The notes beneath the pieces are model-generated. The model searched no databases and was not told where the DNA came from. It saw nothing but the letters and a program-made list of their open reading frames with translations. DNA of 64,000 bases from Antedon mediterranea (lineage: Eukaryota; Animalia; Echinodermata): positions 16,907,881 to 16,971,880 of the forward strand of contig NC_092678.1 in the NCBI RefSeq assembly GCF_964355755.1, in the 5' to 3' direction. This document shows, in pieces, positions 26,977 through 37,663 of the stretch. How positions within the stretch are numbered: position 1 is the stretch's first letter; every line of letters begins with the position of its first letter. A program made the translations under genes and the position numbers.

Positions 26977-27867
26977 GAGAAACAGACGCGGTATTGCACC
27001 AAAAGTAATTGTAAGCTCAAAAATATCAAAGTTGCCCCGTGATTTTAACAATTTCCTTGCCAACGGCAAAAACAAGACCAGATTGATTGAGCTTATTCGC
27101 TGTGTACTAGTGTCAAAGAAAGAAAGCATTCTAACAGATATGAGGAGTGATGTTATCTACTTTTCATCGTACAAAGAATGCATCTACGTTACTAACTGAG
27201 ATGTTGTATTGGTTCCGGAGCTTAATAGTAGCCAAGAAGAAGCCGACATGAAAGTCATCCTGCATGCAAAGCATGCTTTAACAAATAACAATCAAGGCGT
27301 AGCAATAATTCGTTCCCATTCTGGAGACTTTGACATTCCAGTCATTTCACTATCTCATTTCATAGATGATGGGCAGAGGGTAATTATTGATACAAACACT
27401 GGGAAATACCGAAATGTACTGAAATTGAGTGACATTGATTTAACAAAAGCGCAGACACATTCTGCAACCTTGGAGTGTCAGATGTTCCATCAAAAGAGTT
27501 GTATGAGGAACTTGAAGAGTATGTTTCACCATTGTATGGAGTGAAGGGGAAAAGTGTAAATCAAGCAAGATATGATATCTTCAACAGAAAGTTTTCCAGA
27601 CACAACAAGATTACAGATATATCATTACTGCCACTATGTCAGCAGACCCTTGAGTTTCATATACTTAGAGCAAACTTCATTACTAAAGAATGGCAATCAG
27701 CAGACGTCAATGATTTTGTCAACAACAGTACACACAATGGATGGAACGAACAAATGGAGCCTAAATGGATTGAGACAGTGATGCCCACTGATGTCCAGGA
27801 ACTGTTTACACATAATGAATATGAAGACTTTTCAGATTGCAGTGATGTGAGCGATCTTGAAGATTAA
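26977..27867 (+). pseudogene. Inverted second copy of the same ORF 3' end, with ~115 bp internal deletion
   Basis: SQEEADMKVILHAKHA, SGDFDIPV, LYGVKGKSVNQARY, LLPLCQQTLEFHILRANF, HNGW; the FHAFTGND segment is missing at ~27454. Confidence 0.75.
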
Positions 27868-28711
27868 TACACGACATACAGACTGAAACACTAAAGGGAA
27901 GCATGTATGTAGTAAAAGAATTAAATTCTTGGCCTTGTTATGGCTTATTTATCTCATATTACTCGGATTGCACATGAAAAACTGGTCAAGAAAATAATAT
28001 GAGAATGTCAACCTCCAATTGGCACAAAATGAATTAATTGACAGGATTAACGTGATCAGATAGGAGAAATGTCTTGCATTTTGGGTCAAAGGTCAGTAAC
28101 GTTATTTCCGGTCATTTTTACAGATAATGTTCTATTAGTTTGAATATAAACATCTATATTCTGGAGAGTTTGACACCAATTACAACTTTCTGTGTCCAGT
28201 AGTTACGGAGATATGATATCTGTTAGATATTGGGTCAAAGGTCAATAGAGGTATTTCCGGCCATTTTCTGACAAAATTTTCTATTACATCAAATAGGAAC
28301 ATGTACATTCCAAACAATTTGACACCAAAATCAACTCTCTATGACCAGTGGTTGCCAAGATATCATAGTCTACTGTAACTGGCAGCCATTTTGAAAAAAA
28401 GCGCCCTCACGCGAAAGTTCTCAGGTTACAGCCCGTTTACCCAATATATTTGGATTCCCCAGAAAAAACTGGTCTAGAAAAGTTATATGAGAATTTCTAC
28501 CTCTCCGGGTGGCACCTACCTCATTCATAGCCTAGTCTAAAGGAACCGTAATAAAATTTTCAACAAATTACACTAACCGTCGTGTGAGGGCGGGCCAAAT
28601 CTTCTTGAATCTACTCATGCGTATCAGGAATAATAAACATCATCTCCATGTGTGTGAGATGGTAACCGTGTGAGATCTGTGTGTGCGGCGGAACATAATT
28701 CATACATTAAA

Positions 28712-28784
28712 ATGTCTAATTACTCTTGGTGGTCACAACAAATGCTAAAAATTGTACGACAGTGCAATTCTTTAAATCAACCAG
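28712..28784 (+). CDS. Nudix gene exon 1
   Basis: [24 protein letters not shown]; CAG|GTTGT donor; phase fits exon 2. Confidence 0.7.
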
Positions 28785-31700
28785 GTTGTTATAAATATAT
28801 CGTACAGTGTTTAAATTGATAGCTAGAGGGTATTAGTTAGGCCTATACGAGGCCCATTTTCTTTATTAGGCCTAGCTAGGTTATTTTAGAAGCCAGCTAC
28901 TCTACTCACTGTACAGCTCTAGTTGGACGGTCTTCAATTCTGCACGGCGAGCAGGCACCTGGAGACAGGACTTGGTTAGGGAGACCTATGTCATTATATG
29001 GCTAGCCTGGTTATATTTAAGAAAGAAGCCTACTGATTACTAGACAAGACAGGTGTAATAAAATAGAGTAATAATAATAATTAATATTTAGCACCATTTT
29101 TATTAGTAATGCCATTTAATATTATTTATTATTAAATATTATTGTTTTGCACAGAATCTCCACGTGCACTCTGCATTCCATTTTTCATCAAAGATTCTCA
29201 AGTAGGACTTATCACTCCCGAGATCTTACCGCACATCATTTTAGAGAACGATACATTTGAAGTTATACGTTCCAAACAAGATGATGCGGTTAAAATGGTC
29301 AAACTAAGTGACAGTTTGGACACAGCCCTGAAGAGGACACAGATGTTGGCCGAAATTCTTGCACGATGGAGAGATCATGATGCACATCCAAGTCTTAGAG
29401 GATGGAGGAACGAGGTTTGTCTTAAGATTTTAACCGTGTCAAAACTTTAATATATATCTATATATATATAAATCCAAAGGCAAATTACTGAAAAAAATGA
29501 CAATGCTGTGGGTATCAGTGGCTGGATCTCAATGGAGATACAAAAATAAAAAGCGAAAAGCTAAATCAAAGCGATAAAGTACACAGCCAGAAAAGTTAGC
29601 AGAGCTTTCGGGCAACACTAGCCCTTCATCAGTGCAAGTGAGGGAATTTGGATAAAGTCATAGCATATGAGTTGGCAAGTACTGCCTGGGTGGACAGGAA
29701 TAAAAGAAATATAACAATAGAAACAACGTGTTGAATAGTGGATGGAGACTGAATAAGAGTAGAAAACAATGAAGGTAGCTTGGTAGAGATATAAAAAATT
29801 TTGGAATGGAACTAAAAAAGCTAAAATGGTGGTTAATATTAATATATATATATATATATAAATCCAAAGGCAAATTACTAGAAAAATCATATATATATAT
29901 CTATTGCATACACTGATATGGAATCAATATGGCTGCAATGTATTGGGAATTAGGTTATGACATTTGAACATTATCCACCATCTTGGATCCAATTTAACAC
30001 TGGAATTATTAAGACAGAAGAACACCCTGTCTTAATAGTTTATAATATAATTAAACATGTTTATTTTTCTTTTAATAGCTACACTCGGTAAAAACATATT
30101 TTCACGAAGACCCTCTCCTTGAAATTGAACGAGTAGCCACCTGTAAGTAGAGCTAAAAGTCTACACTATCAAACAAGTTTGACAAAAAAAGTGTGATGTG
30201 TCCAAATATGCTAGTGGTATATCATCTGCATGTCCATATATGGGCAAATCACATTTTTTGTCACTTAACTACCACACTAACTGATAATAGACTGGTTATA
30301 TAAATCAACACTTAATTGTTGCTTCAACAAAATGTTATTGAAAACTATTGCTTAAATACTATATGTTGATCGAGTAATAATAACAATAATCCCATGCATA
30401 TAACCTAATAATCCCATGCTTAAATAAATACTTGATATTACCTAAGTAAATCCCATGCTCAATTAAAATCCATCATTTTGGCTAAATATGGACTATGGAC
30501 TTGATTAATTTTGATAAATTGTTACTGGTATCTAAGTAAATCTATACTGTAATGATACTATACTCGGTTATATTAAATACTGTACCTTGGAAATGTAATA
30601 TTTCAAACAGTTTATCATAAAAATTCTTCCCTTTGTAATATTGTTTTGTTGCTTGTAATAGTCTTGTTTGGTATAAAACACTATAGATGTTATCCAAACC
30701 TTGACATCAATATTTCTTGAAAATTTTATCATCCAAATTCTTCCCTTTGTAATATTTTTGTTGTTACTTTTAATAGCATTGTTTGGTATAAAACACTATG
30801 CTATCTCAACCTTGACTTCAATATTTCTTCATCAAAATTCTTCTCCTAGTAATCTTTTTTTTTTTTAATTTTAATAGCATTGTTTGGTATGAAACACTAT
30901 TATATGTTATCTCAACCGTGACATCAATATTTCTTCAAAAAGTTTATCACCAAAATTCTTCCCTTTGTAATATTTGTTGGGGTTTTCGTTATTTTTATAG
31001 CATTATTTGGTGTAAAACAGTATGGATGTCACCTCAACGGTTTCTGTCGCACAGAGAGAGGACTGTTAATGTGGATAGGAAGGAGAGCCAAAACTAAGCC
31101 TACATTCCCCTCTAAACTTGATAACATTGTAAGTTCGCTCTGTGAAATACAAATTCGGGATCCTCCCCTGCCAATGAAAACTGCATTACTATTACACACA
31201 ATGTATTTTAGGTAGGCCTAATGTAACTGCAAAATGTTGTAAATTTTGTTGCCATTAATCGTATCCGGATATTCACCCCCTGGACATTTACCCCCCGGAC
31301 AACTACCCCCCGGACAACCACCACCTGGACCACTACCCCCTTAGGACAACTACCCCTTTAGGACAACTACCCCCCGGACAAATACCCCCCGGACAACTAC
31401 CCCCTTAGGACAACAACCCCCTTAGGACAACTACCCCCCGGACAACTACCCCCCGGACAATCACCCCCTAGGAACAATTACCCCCCGGACAATTACCCCC
31501 CGGACAATTACCACCCAGAAAACTATCCCTTTAGAACACCCTAACCACCCAGACCATTCAACAACCTGACTCTGCAACAGTGTATAATAGGAATTAATAA
31601 CTATATTTTAATGACGAATTACTATTCATTATTGTAAACAAAAGTAAAAGATTGAACATAAATATAGCCTGGTATAAACTGAAGATTGTCACACATGATC

Positions 31701-34700
31701 ATAGGATAGTCGAACGTATTATATAGTACTCCCTGTATTTACTGTAAAGACTGGGTTCGCCAATAATAATAATAATTTTTGCGTCAGGACAATGCTTCGA
31801 TAACCACTGGTCTTAAAAGAATTAATTTTTGTCTCAAATTTGTCATATATGTATTTTTGTACACTTGAAGAATAATATCACTTTTGATATTTGACCTCAA
31901 TGTTCACTCACCGAATAAACGTTGATCTTTAAATAAATTCCCCTCAAATAAACGGTGACCATGTCACTCCCATGAAACATCATATGGAATAATCGGCGTC
32001 TATTTCCATTAGATTATACCCCTCCCATTGAATAAACAACTTTCTTCCAATAAATGTCCACCTAAAAACCACCTAAACAATAAACAGCCCAGGCCGTTTT
32101 TTCAATAAATACGGTACTTTAAATCTAGCACATCTAGGGTCTAGCGTGCTGTTAAACAGAATAATCGGTTAAAAACGGGTGTTTCGAAACTAGAGACCCG
32201 AGACCAGAGACCAGAGACCCGAGACCCAATACGAAAAGGGAGACCTAAATATACGAAAAGGGAGACCCACGTACGAAAAGGGAGACCCCACTATACGAAA
32301 AGGGAGACCCCACTATACGAAAAGGGAGACCCCACTATACGAAAAGGGAGACCCTAATATACGAAAAGGGAGACCTAAATATACCAAAAGGGAGACCCAA
32401 TTATACGAAAGGGAGACCCAAATATACAAAATGGGAAACCCAAATATACGAAAAGGGAGACCCACTATAAGAAAAGGGAGACCCACTATAAGAAAAGGGA
32501 GACCCCACTATACGAAAAGAGAGACCACACTATACGAAAAGGGAGACCCTAATATACGAAAAGGGAGACCCAAATATAGGTCTCCCTTTTCGTATTGGGT
32601 CTCGTGTCAGGTCTCTGGTCTCGGGTCTCTAGTTTCGAAACACCCGTTAAAAACAGATGATTTCATTTTTACAGAAACCGGTCCTATATATTTGTCTACT
32701 TTTGGATGGGGGGGGGGGGGGGTAGTTGACCGGGGGGTAGTTGACCGGGGGGTAGTTGACCGAGGGGTAGTTGACCGGGGGGTAGTTATCCTAAGGGGGT
32801 AGTTGTCCTAAGGGGGTGGTTGTCCGGGGGGTAGTTGTCCGGGGGGTTGTTATCCTAAGGGGGTAGTTGTCCTAAGGGGGTAGTTGTCCGGGGGGTAGTT
32901 GTCCGGGGGGTAGTTGTCCTAAGGGGGTAGTTGTCCGGGTGGTAAACATCCGGGGGGTAACTGTCTAGGGGGTAGGTGTCCTAGAACCGCCATTAATGTA
33001 TCAATATAAAATGTGAATGTGGTAAAATTACTGGTTTCTTGCAGTGGCATAACAGAGATACACAAGGCCCCTGGTTTAAGGAACCTTAGTGGTCCTCCAA
33101 CGCTGGAAACCTCTGGCATTTTTAGCCTTTTCCGATATTTTTTTCCTCTGAGGTTTAGCCAGTGAGTGCTCATAGCTGTGTCTTGTAGCCTAATTGAGCT
33201 GAATTATGCACAGGTGTGGACCTCAAGTTTCAAATCCATTTCCAAGAACAGCAACGTATATATCAAATAAATATATACAGTGGTTACTTTCCATTTTAAA
33301 TGCTAGGCATTAGTTAATAGTTTAGTCTGAACACAATGACAGATTACGGTGTGATAAGAAAACTTAATATAGCCTTTCTATTTTCTAGGCTGCCGGTGGC
33401 CTTCCTGCAGGCATGTCTGTAAAAGACTGTATTGTTAAGGAATGTGCAGAAGAAGCTTCAATTCCTGAACAGTTAGCAAAACAAGCTAAGCCAGTAGGTT
33501 GTATAAGGTGTGTGAAGAAATCTGTCTACACTATCAAACTATGTTACAAAAAACTGATGTGTCCATATATGGACACGATGATGTCATATCACTACCATAT
33601 TTGGGCTCATCACCAGTAGTATAAGGTGTGTCAAAAAATACTATCAAACTTTATGTGACAAAAAACTGTGATGTGCCCATACATGATGATGTCGTATCAC
33701 TACTACCATATTTGGGCACATCACCAGTAGGTTGGATAAGGTGTGTAAAGGTAAATATAAATGAAATAAATTAATTTGAAGGATAAACTTAAAAACGCAC
33801 TACCAAATATTTATATCCAAAACCCAATTCACTCAATATTGGATATTGTGTTTACAAATGGACCATTTTACAAATATGTTGTTTTCGAGATGCACAGTAG
33901 ACCATATGTGAAATTAGATTTTGATATCGGCACAATTGATGGTACTGGTAGTCAATATTTAGTGTGGTGGCAGTCGGTACATTCAACCATATGTTTCGAA
34001 TCTGAAAGGTCAACTGTATTATTTCTAATGCCAAAATTGTTCACCTTTAATTATGTTGTCAAATGCTCGATTTATTTCATAGGCATCTAATGACAAGCAA
34101 CTCGCCAATTACAGGATGGATCAACTATTTTATAATTTATTGTGCCTATAAACTCATTTGAGGTTTAGTGACCTTGAAAGTGTTGTGAGTTACAACCCTG
34201 GCACTAGGTCAGTTTTGAACCCTGGCACTAGGTCAGGATTGATGAACCCTGGCACTAGATCAGGATTGAACCCTGAAACTTGGGATTGAAAGGGCCAGCA
34301 CGTTAATTACCGCGTTACATTAGACATTCAAGCGTGCTGATAGAAGTTAATAATTAAATGCGCAGTTGACCGAGTCAATGATCACTTTCATGCTACCATA
34401 TTACATTTTGTTTTCCTTTTGCAGTTATTTGTACCACAATGAGCTCGGGGTTTTCCCCGAGACGCAGTTCATGTTTGACCTTGAACTTCCAGTGACCTTC
34501 AAGCCTTTTAACACAGATGGGGAGACTAGTGACTTTTATTTATTGACAATTGACGAAGTAAGTATTCCTTGTGTGGGGTTTTGGACAATTTAATAACACA
34601 GCACTTAATTTGGCTTTGCTCCGCCGGGTCTGAGAACGCATAACATGGACTTGGTTGGAGTAGGCCTAGCTAGTGGCACATTTTTGGTGCAAAGAAGCAA

Positions 34701-35435
34701 ACAAAAAAGGCCTGCATTTGATACTTCATTGCTTTCAGATATGCAATAAAATGTCCCAAAGCGTGCTCTTTTTGTTGCTTCATGTTTTAACTTGCTGCTA
34801 AACTTACTAAATCCTCTGAGCCAGCTCCATCTACACAAGTTAACAATAATAAGGCTATACCAACAGAATCATCGCGTTCCATGTGTGGAGCCGGTCTATA
34901 GTTCAAGGGCATGGCAATAACTACACGGTTTCTATGTGTTTGTAGAGAGTGCCAGAACCATTATACATACATAATTATACTGTAATAAACTAAATTATTT
35001 TTTTAAGGTGAAAGAAAAAGTTGCATCAGGAGAATTTAAACCTAACTGCGCCTTAGTAATTCTGAGTTTCCTAATTCGCCATGGTTACATGTCACCTGAC
35101 ACAGGTAAGTGTGATGTAATCTGATCTATGGAAGTACTGTTGATTTTTAAAGCCTTGTCTACACTATCAAACTTGTGATGTGCCCATATATGGACATGAT
35201 GATGTCATATCACTACCATATTTAGCATAGCACTAGATTATGGGCACATCACGTTTATTTGACACATAAAGTTTTATAGTGTAGACAAGGCTCAATAGGT
35301 TTTTTAGTTTTTACCAACTAGCATAATTGCTTCAAGATTTGAGATAAACAATTGTAATTTGTTGGCTTTTCAGACCCCTTTTTACCTCTGTTCCTTCAAG
35401 AAATGCACTCAACATTTAAATTTGAAGAAGCATAG
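28712..35435 (+). CDS. Nudix hydrolase, yeast YJR142W / plant NUDT20-like family (8 exons, 311 aa)
   Basis: Exons 28712-28784, 29155-29414, 30079-30142, 31001-31128, 33389-33507, 34425-34557, 35008-35104, 35374-35435 total 936 nt in frame to TAG. Family motifs [60 protein letters not shown] (Nudix box), [14 protein letters not shown]...LIRHG. Confidence 0.9.
29155..29414 (+). CDS. Nudix gene exon 2
   Basis: [20 protein letters not shown]...LRGWRNE. Confidence 0.9.
30079..30142 (+). CDS. Nudix gene exon 3
   Basis: [21 protein letters not shown]; gtaagt donor. Confidence 0.88.
30600..31040 (+). repeat. ~100-125 bp tandem repeat (4 copies) spanning the Nudix intron 3/exon 4 junction
   Basis: AAATTCTTCCCTTTGTAATAT...ATAGCATTGTTTGGTATAAAACACTAT-like unit repeated; last copy is the real exon start. 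Confidence 0.8.
31001..31128 (+). CDS. Nudix gene exon 4
   Basis: [15 protein letters not shown]...[20 protein letters not shown]. Confidence 0.92.
31260..32989. mobile_element. Fold-back/MULE-like element with inverted arrays of 15-16 bp subterminal repeats
   Basis: (GGACAACTACCCCCC)n at 31275-31530 and the reverse complement at 32715-32982; flanking direct repeat CCATTAAT (or GCCATTAAT). Confidence 0.8.
32177..32645. mobile_element. Mutator-like MITE nested in the above, with internal 21-22 bp minisatellite
   Basis: TIR GGGTGTTTCGAAACTAGAGACCCGAGACCAGAGACC; 9-bp TSD GTTAAAAAC; ~16 copies of TATACGAAAAGGGAGACCC. Confidence 0.85.
33389..33507 (+). CDS. Nudix gene exon 5 (Nudix box)
   Basis: [30 protein letters not shown]. 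Confidence 0.92.
34425..34557 (+). CDS. Nudix gene exon 6
   Basis: [33 protein letters not shown]. Confidence 0.92.
35008..35104 (+). CDS. Nudix gene exon 7
   Basis: [32 protein letters not shown]. Confidence 0.9.
35151..35293. mobile_element. Best-preserved copy of ~140-bp MITE carrying the 21-bp CATATCACTACCATATTTGGG unit
   Basis: TIR AGCCTTGTCTACACTAT / ATAGTGTAGACAAGGCT; related copies near 16710, 19700, 30150, 33523, 33640, 40801, 41480, 42730, 48510, 52080. Confidence 0.7.
35374..35435 (+). CDS. Nudix gene exon 8 (stop)
   Basis: [20 protein letters not shown]. Confidence 0.75.
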
Positions 35436-35868
35436 GTGTACAATTATTAAGCAATGTACTGAATAAGACATGGGAAGAGTGGAGGACAGAAATACTGTTC
35501 AGGCACTCTCCTCCATGAGGAGAGGAGAGAAGGAATGAACTAACCGCCTGGGATAACACATAGTTTAATATCGTATAATCAAAATGACAGGGAGTATTTA
35601 GCCATAGGACTTTTTAACTCTTTTTGTACTATAGTAGTTAATCCCATTTAATAGAGCACATCGTTCTTATACTTTACCCCCATTTTAATATGTTCTTTCT
35701 CAATCAATTCCCCATTTATGCAATCATTTACACAAGTTAAATTTCATCTATACAGTATATTTCAATTTGTTATAGCTCCTCGGAATGAAAAGTTACCCAT
35801 GTGATTAAAATGTTGTATGGAATCGGTTGAATTGTAGATATGAATTCATATAAAAATGTTGTCTATAG

Positions 35869-36108
35869 TGCCATTCCATAACCGTTCGCGACCCAATGGG
35901 TCGCGAAATTGTTTCCGATACTGAAACTTTTTATCAATTATACACTGAACTATGTGAGATGTTCTCAGTTTTATAGAATCTACCGATTACATTTTACAGG
36001 TTTTAATTGATGCGCGGCGAGTACCGGGCGCTTTAAGCTCAAATACGCAATGTTGGGTCGCGAGAATTCCCAAAATGGGATCGGGTCAAAAAAGGTTGCA
36101 GAACGCTG
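35869..36108. mobile_element. hAT-type MITE downstream of the Nudix stop codon
   Basis: 8-bp direct repeat GTCTATAG on both sides; right end AAAAAGGTTGCAGAACGCTG; GGGTCGCG subterminal motifs; left TIR degraded. Confidence 0.6.
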
Positions 36109-37309
36109 GTCTATAGGATGTCATGACGTCATCATAATGGTCAGTTGAATTCAAAAAGTCTAATTTTCATCTCTTTCGTAAAAGAGCGCGCATCTTACAA
36201 GCTCAAAATTCTTCAAACTGGTTTCTGCAGTTTGTCAATTGGTCTTAGGAGTTGGATATCATAATAAACATGTGAATAATACTACTGTACTGTGTTTTTT
36301 TTTAATTTATGTAATTATTTAATAGCATCTGTATTAATATACCTTTCTAAATATACTTTCAATTTATTTTCTATATCATTCAGTCCATTACATTATACAT
36401 GTCTTCACTAACAACAAATACAGTATTATGTGCCTTTGCACCTTGTTTACTACATTAAAACACACATCCAAGTGTCGATGTAAATAATATAATACAAGGG
36501 TGACATTAGGAACAATATATGGGAACAATATGTGGGGACAAAAGCATATACATTTATCTAATCTAATATCAAAAACTGAATATATTACTTAACATTTTAT
36601 GATTAGTATTTTTTATTGTGTTGAGGTAGGAACATTTTATCAAGAACATTGCATGCGGATTGTGTAAAAATGAAAGGCTTATTTAGATTATTTTTCAAAG
36701 CAAATATGATGTTCAAACATTGTTTGTATTCTGTGAACTAGATCACACTTTGGTGTTTTTATGATAGCATGTTTATTTCCCGAAATTTCTCTCGGCCTTT
36801 TACATTTTATTTTGATTATTTTATTTTGATTTTTTTCATCTTTTTATTGAGATCGTAATTTGACTTTGGAGTTAGATACTCAATATATATTTGTTTAATA
36901 ATTCTAACAAACAGGTAAAAGATATTGGCTAATACTTTTTGCTCAGTCAAAAGTTATTTTATCTTTAAAAAAATATTCTATTAAACTTTTACTTTTCAAA
37001 AAATTGCTTATATTATATTTATTATTGTTAATTAATATTTCTCTGAATTGTGAATTGCTAAATGGCAATTTAGTTAATAAAACATTTAATACTAATAAAA
37101 ACTAAGTTCTATAAAAATTTTATCATCGAAAGAAATGGGGTAAATGATGTCAAAGGTCAAACTTAAGAAAGACCTGAAAGTAATTAACTAACGCAAGGAC
37201 ATATGTGCAGCGTAAGTAATTCAATAACAGTTGAGATATTCCATAACGGCGTATATGTCGTTGCAACATTTTGGGAATCAAACTTCACAAGAAAGTTAAC
37301 CGTACAGGC

Positions 37310-37663
37310 CTAGCAAGCCTGAGACACAACCGACATGTTCTCATTCAGAGACGAAACATTCATGCCCTTTGAAATGAACTCTTTCTCGCGACACGACATC
37401 GCATCAAGTTTCCACGGCATGCGACAGTATTCGCACTGAACCGGACATATATCCTGGTTGAAGTTAAGCCCGCTCTCCTGCCAGACTTTGGTGAGGGCGT
37501 CGACAAACTCGTCCATCATTTCAGTGGTGTGAAATGGAGTCGGAGCAATACGCAGCTTTTCCTCGCCGCGTGGCACAGTCGGGTAGTTGATAGCTTGCAC
37601 ATACTTGCCAAATTTCTCTATCAGTTGGTTGGCAACGTGAGTGCTGGCTTGCGGATTACCAAC
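37310..37663 (-). CDS. ALAS: ALAS last coding exon
   Basis: VGNPQ...[23 protein letters not shown]...CEYCRMP...*. Confidence 0.95.
   Translation of the reverse strand, partial: VGNPQASTHVANQLIEKFGKYVQAINYPTVPRGEEKLRIAPTPFHTTEMMDEFVDALTKVWQESGLNFNQDICPVQCEYCRMPWKLDAMSCREKEFISKGMNVSSLNENMSVVSQAC

Larger units (their letters stand above)
24798..28539. mobile_element. Palindromic (fold-back) non-autonomous derivative of an Academ-like (XPG-domain) DNA transposon
   Basis: Ends TAGACTAGGCTATGAATGAGG...CCTCATTCATAGCCTAGTCTA flanked by AAG/AAG; arms ~24798-26483 and ~26977-28539 are reverse complements; both carry decayed ORF pieces with XPG/FEN1-like motifs. Confidence 0.8.

Noticed and set aside
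29457-29621. Short Helitron (TC...CTAG)
   Set aside because: 3' hairpin is degenerate and the CTAG is not followed by T; only the 5' part recurs at ~29850
32431-32802. 123-aa ORF with IRKGRP and VVDRG repeats
   Set aside because: Read-through of transposon subterminal tandem repeats
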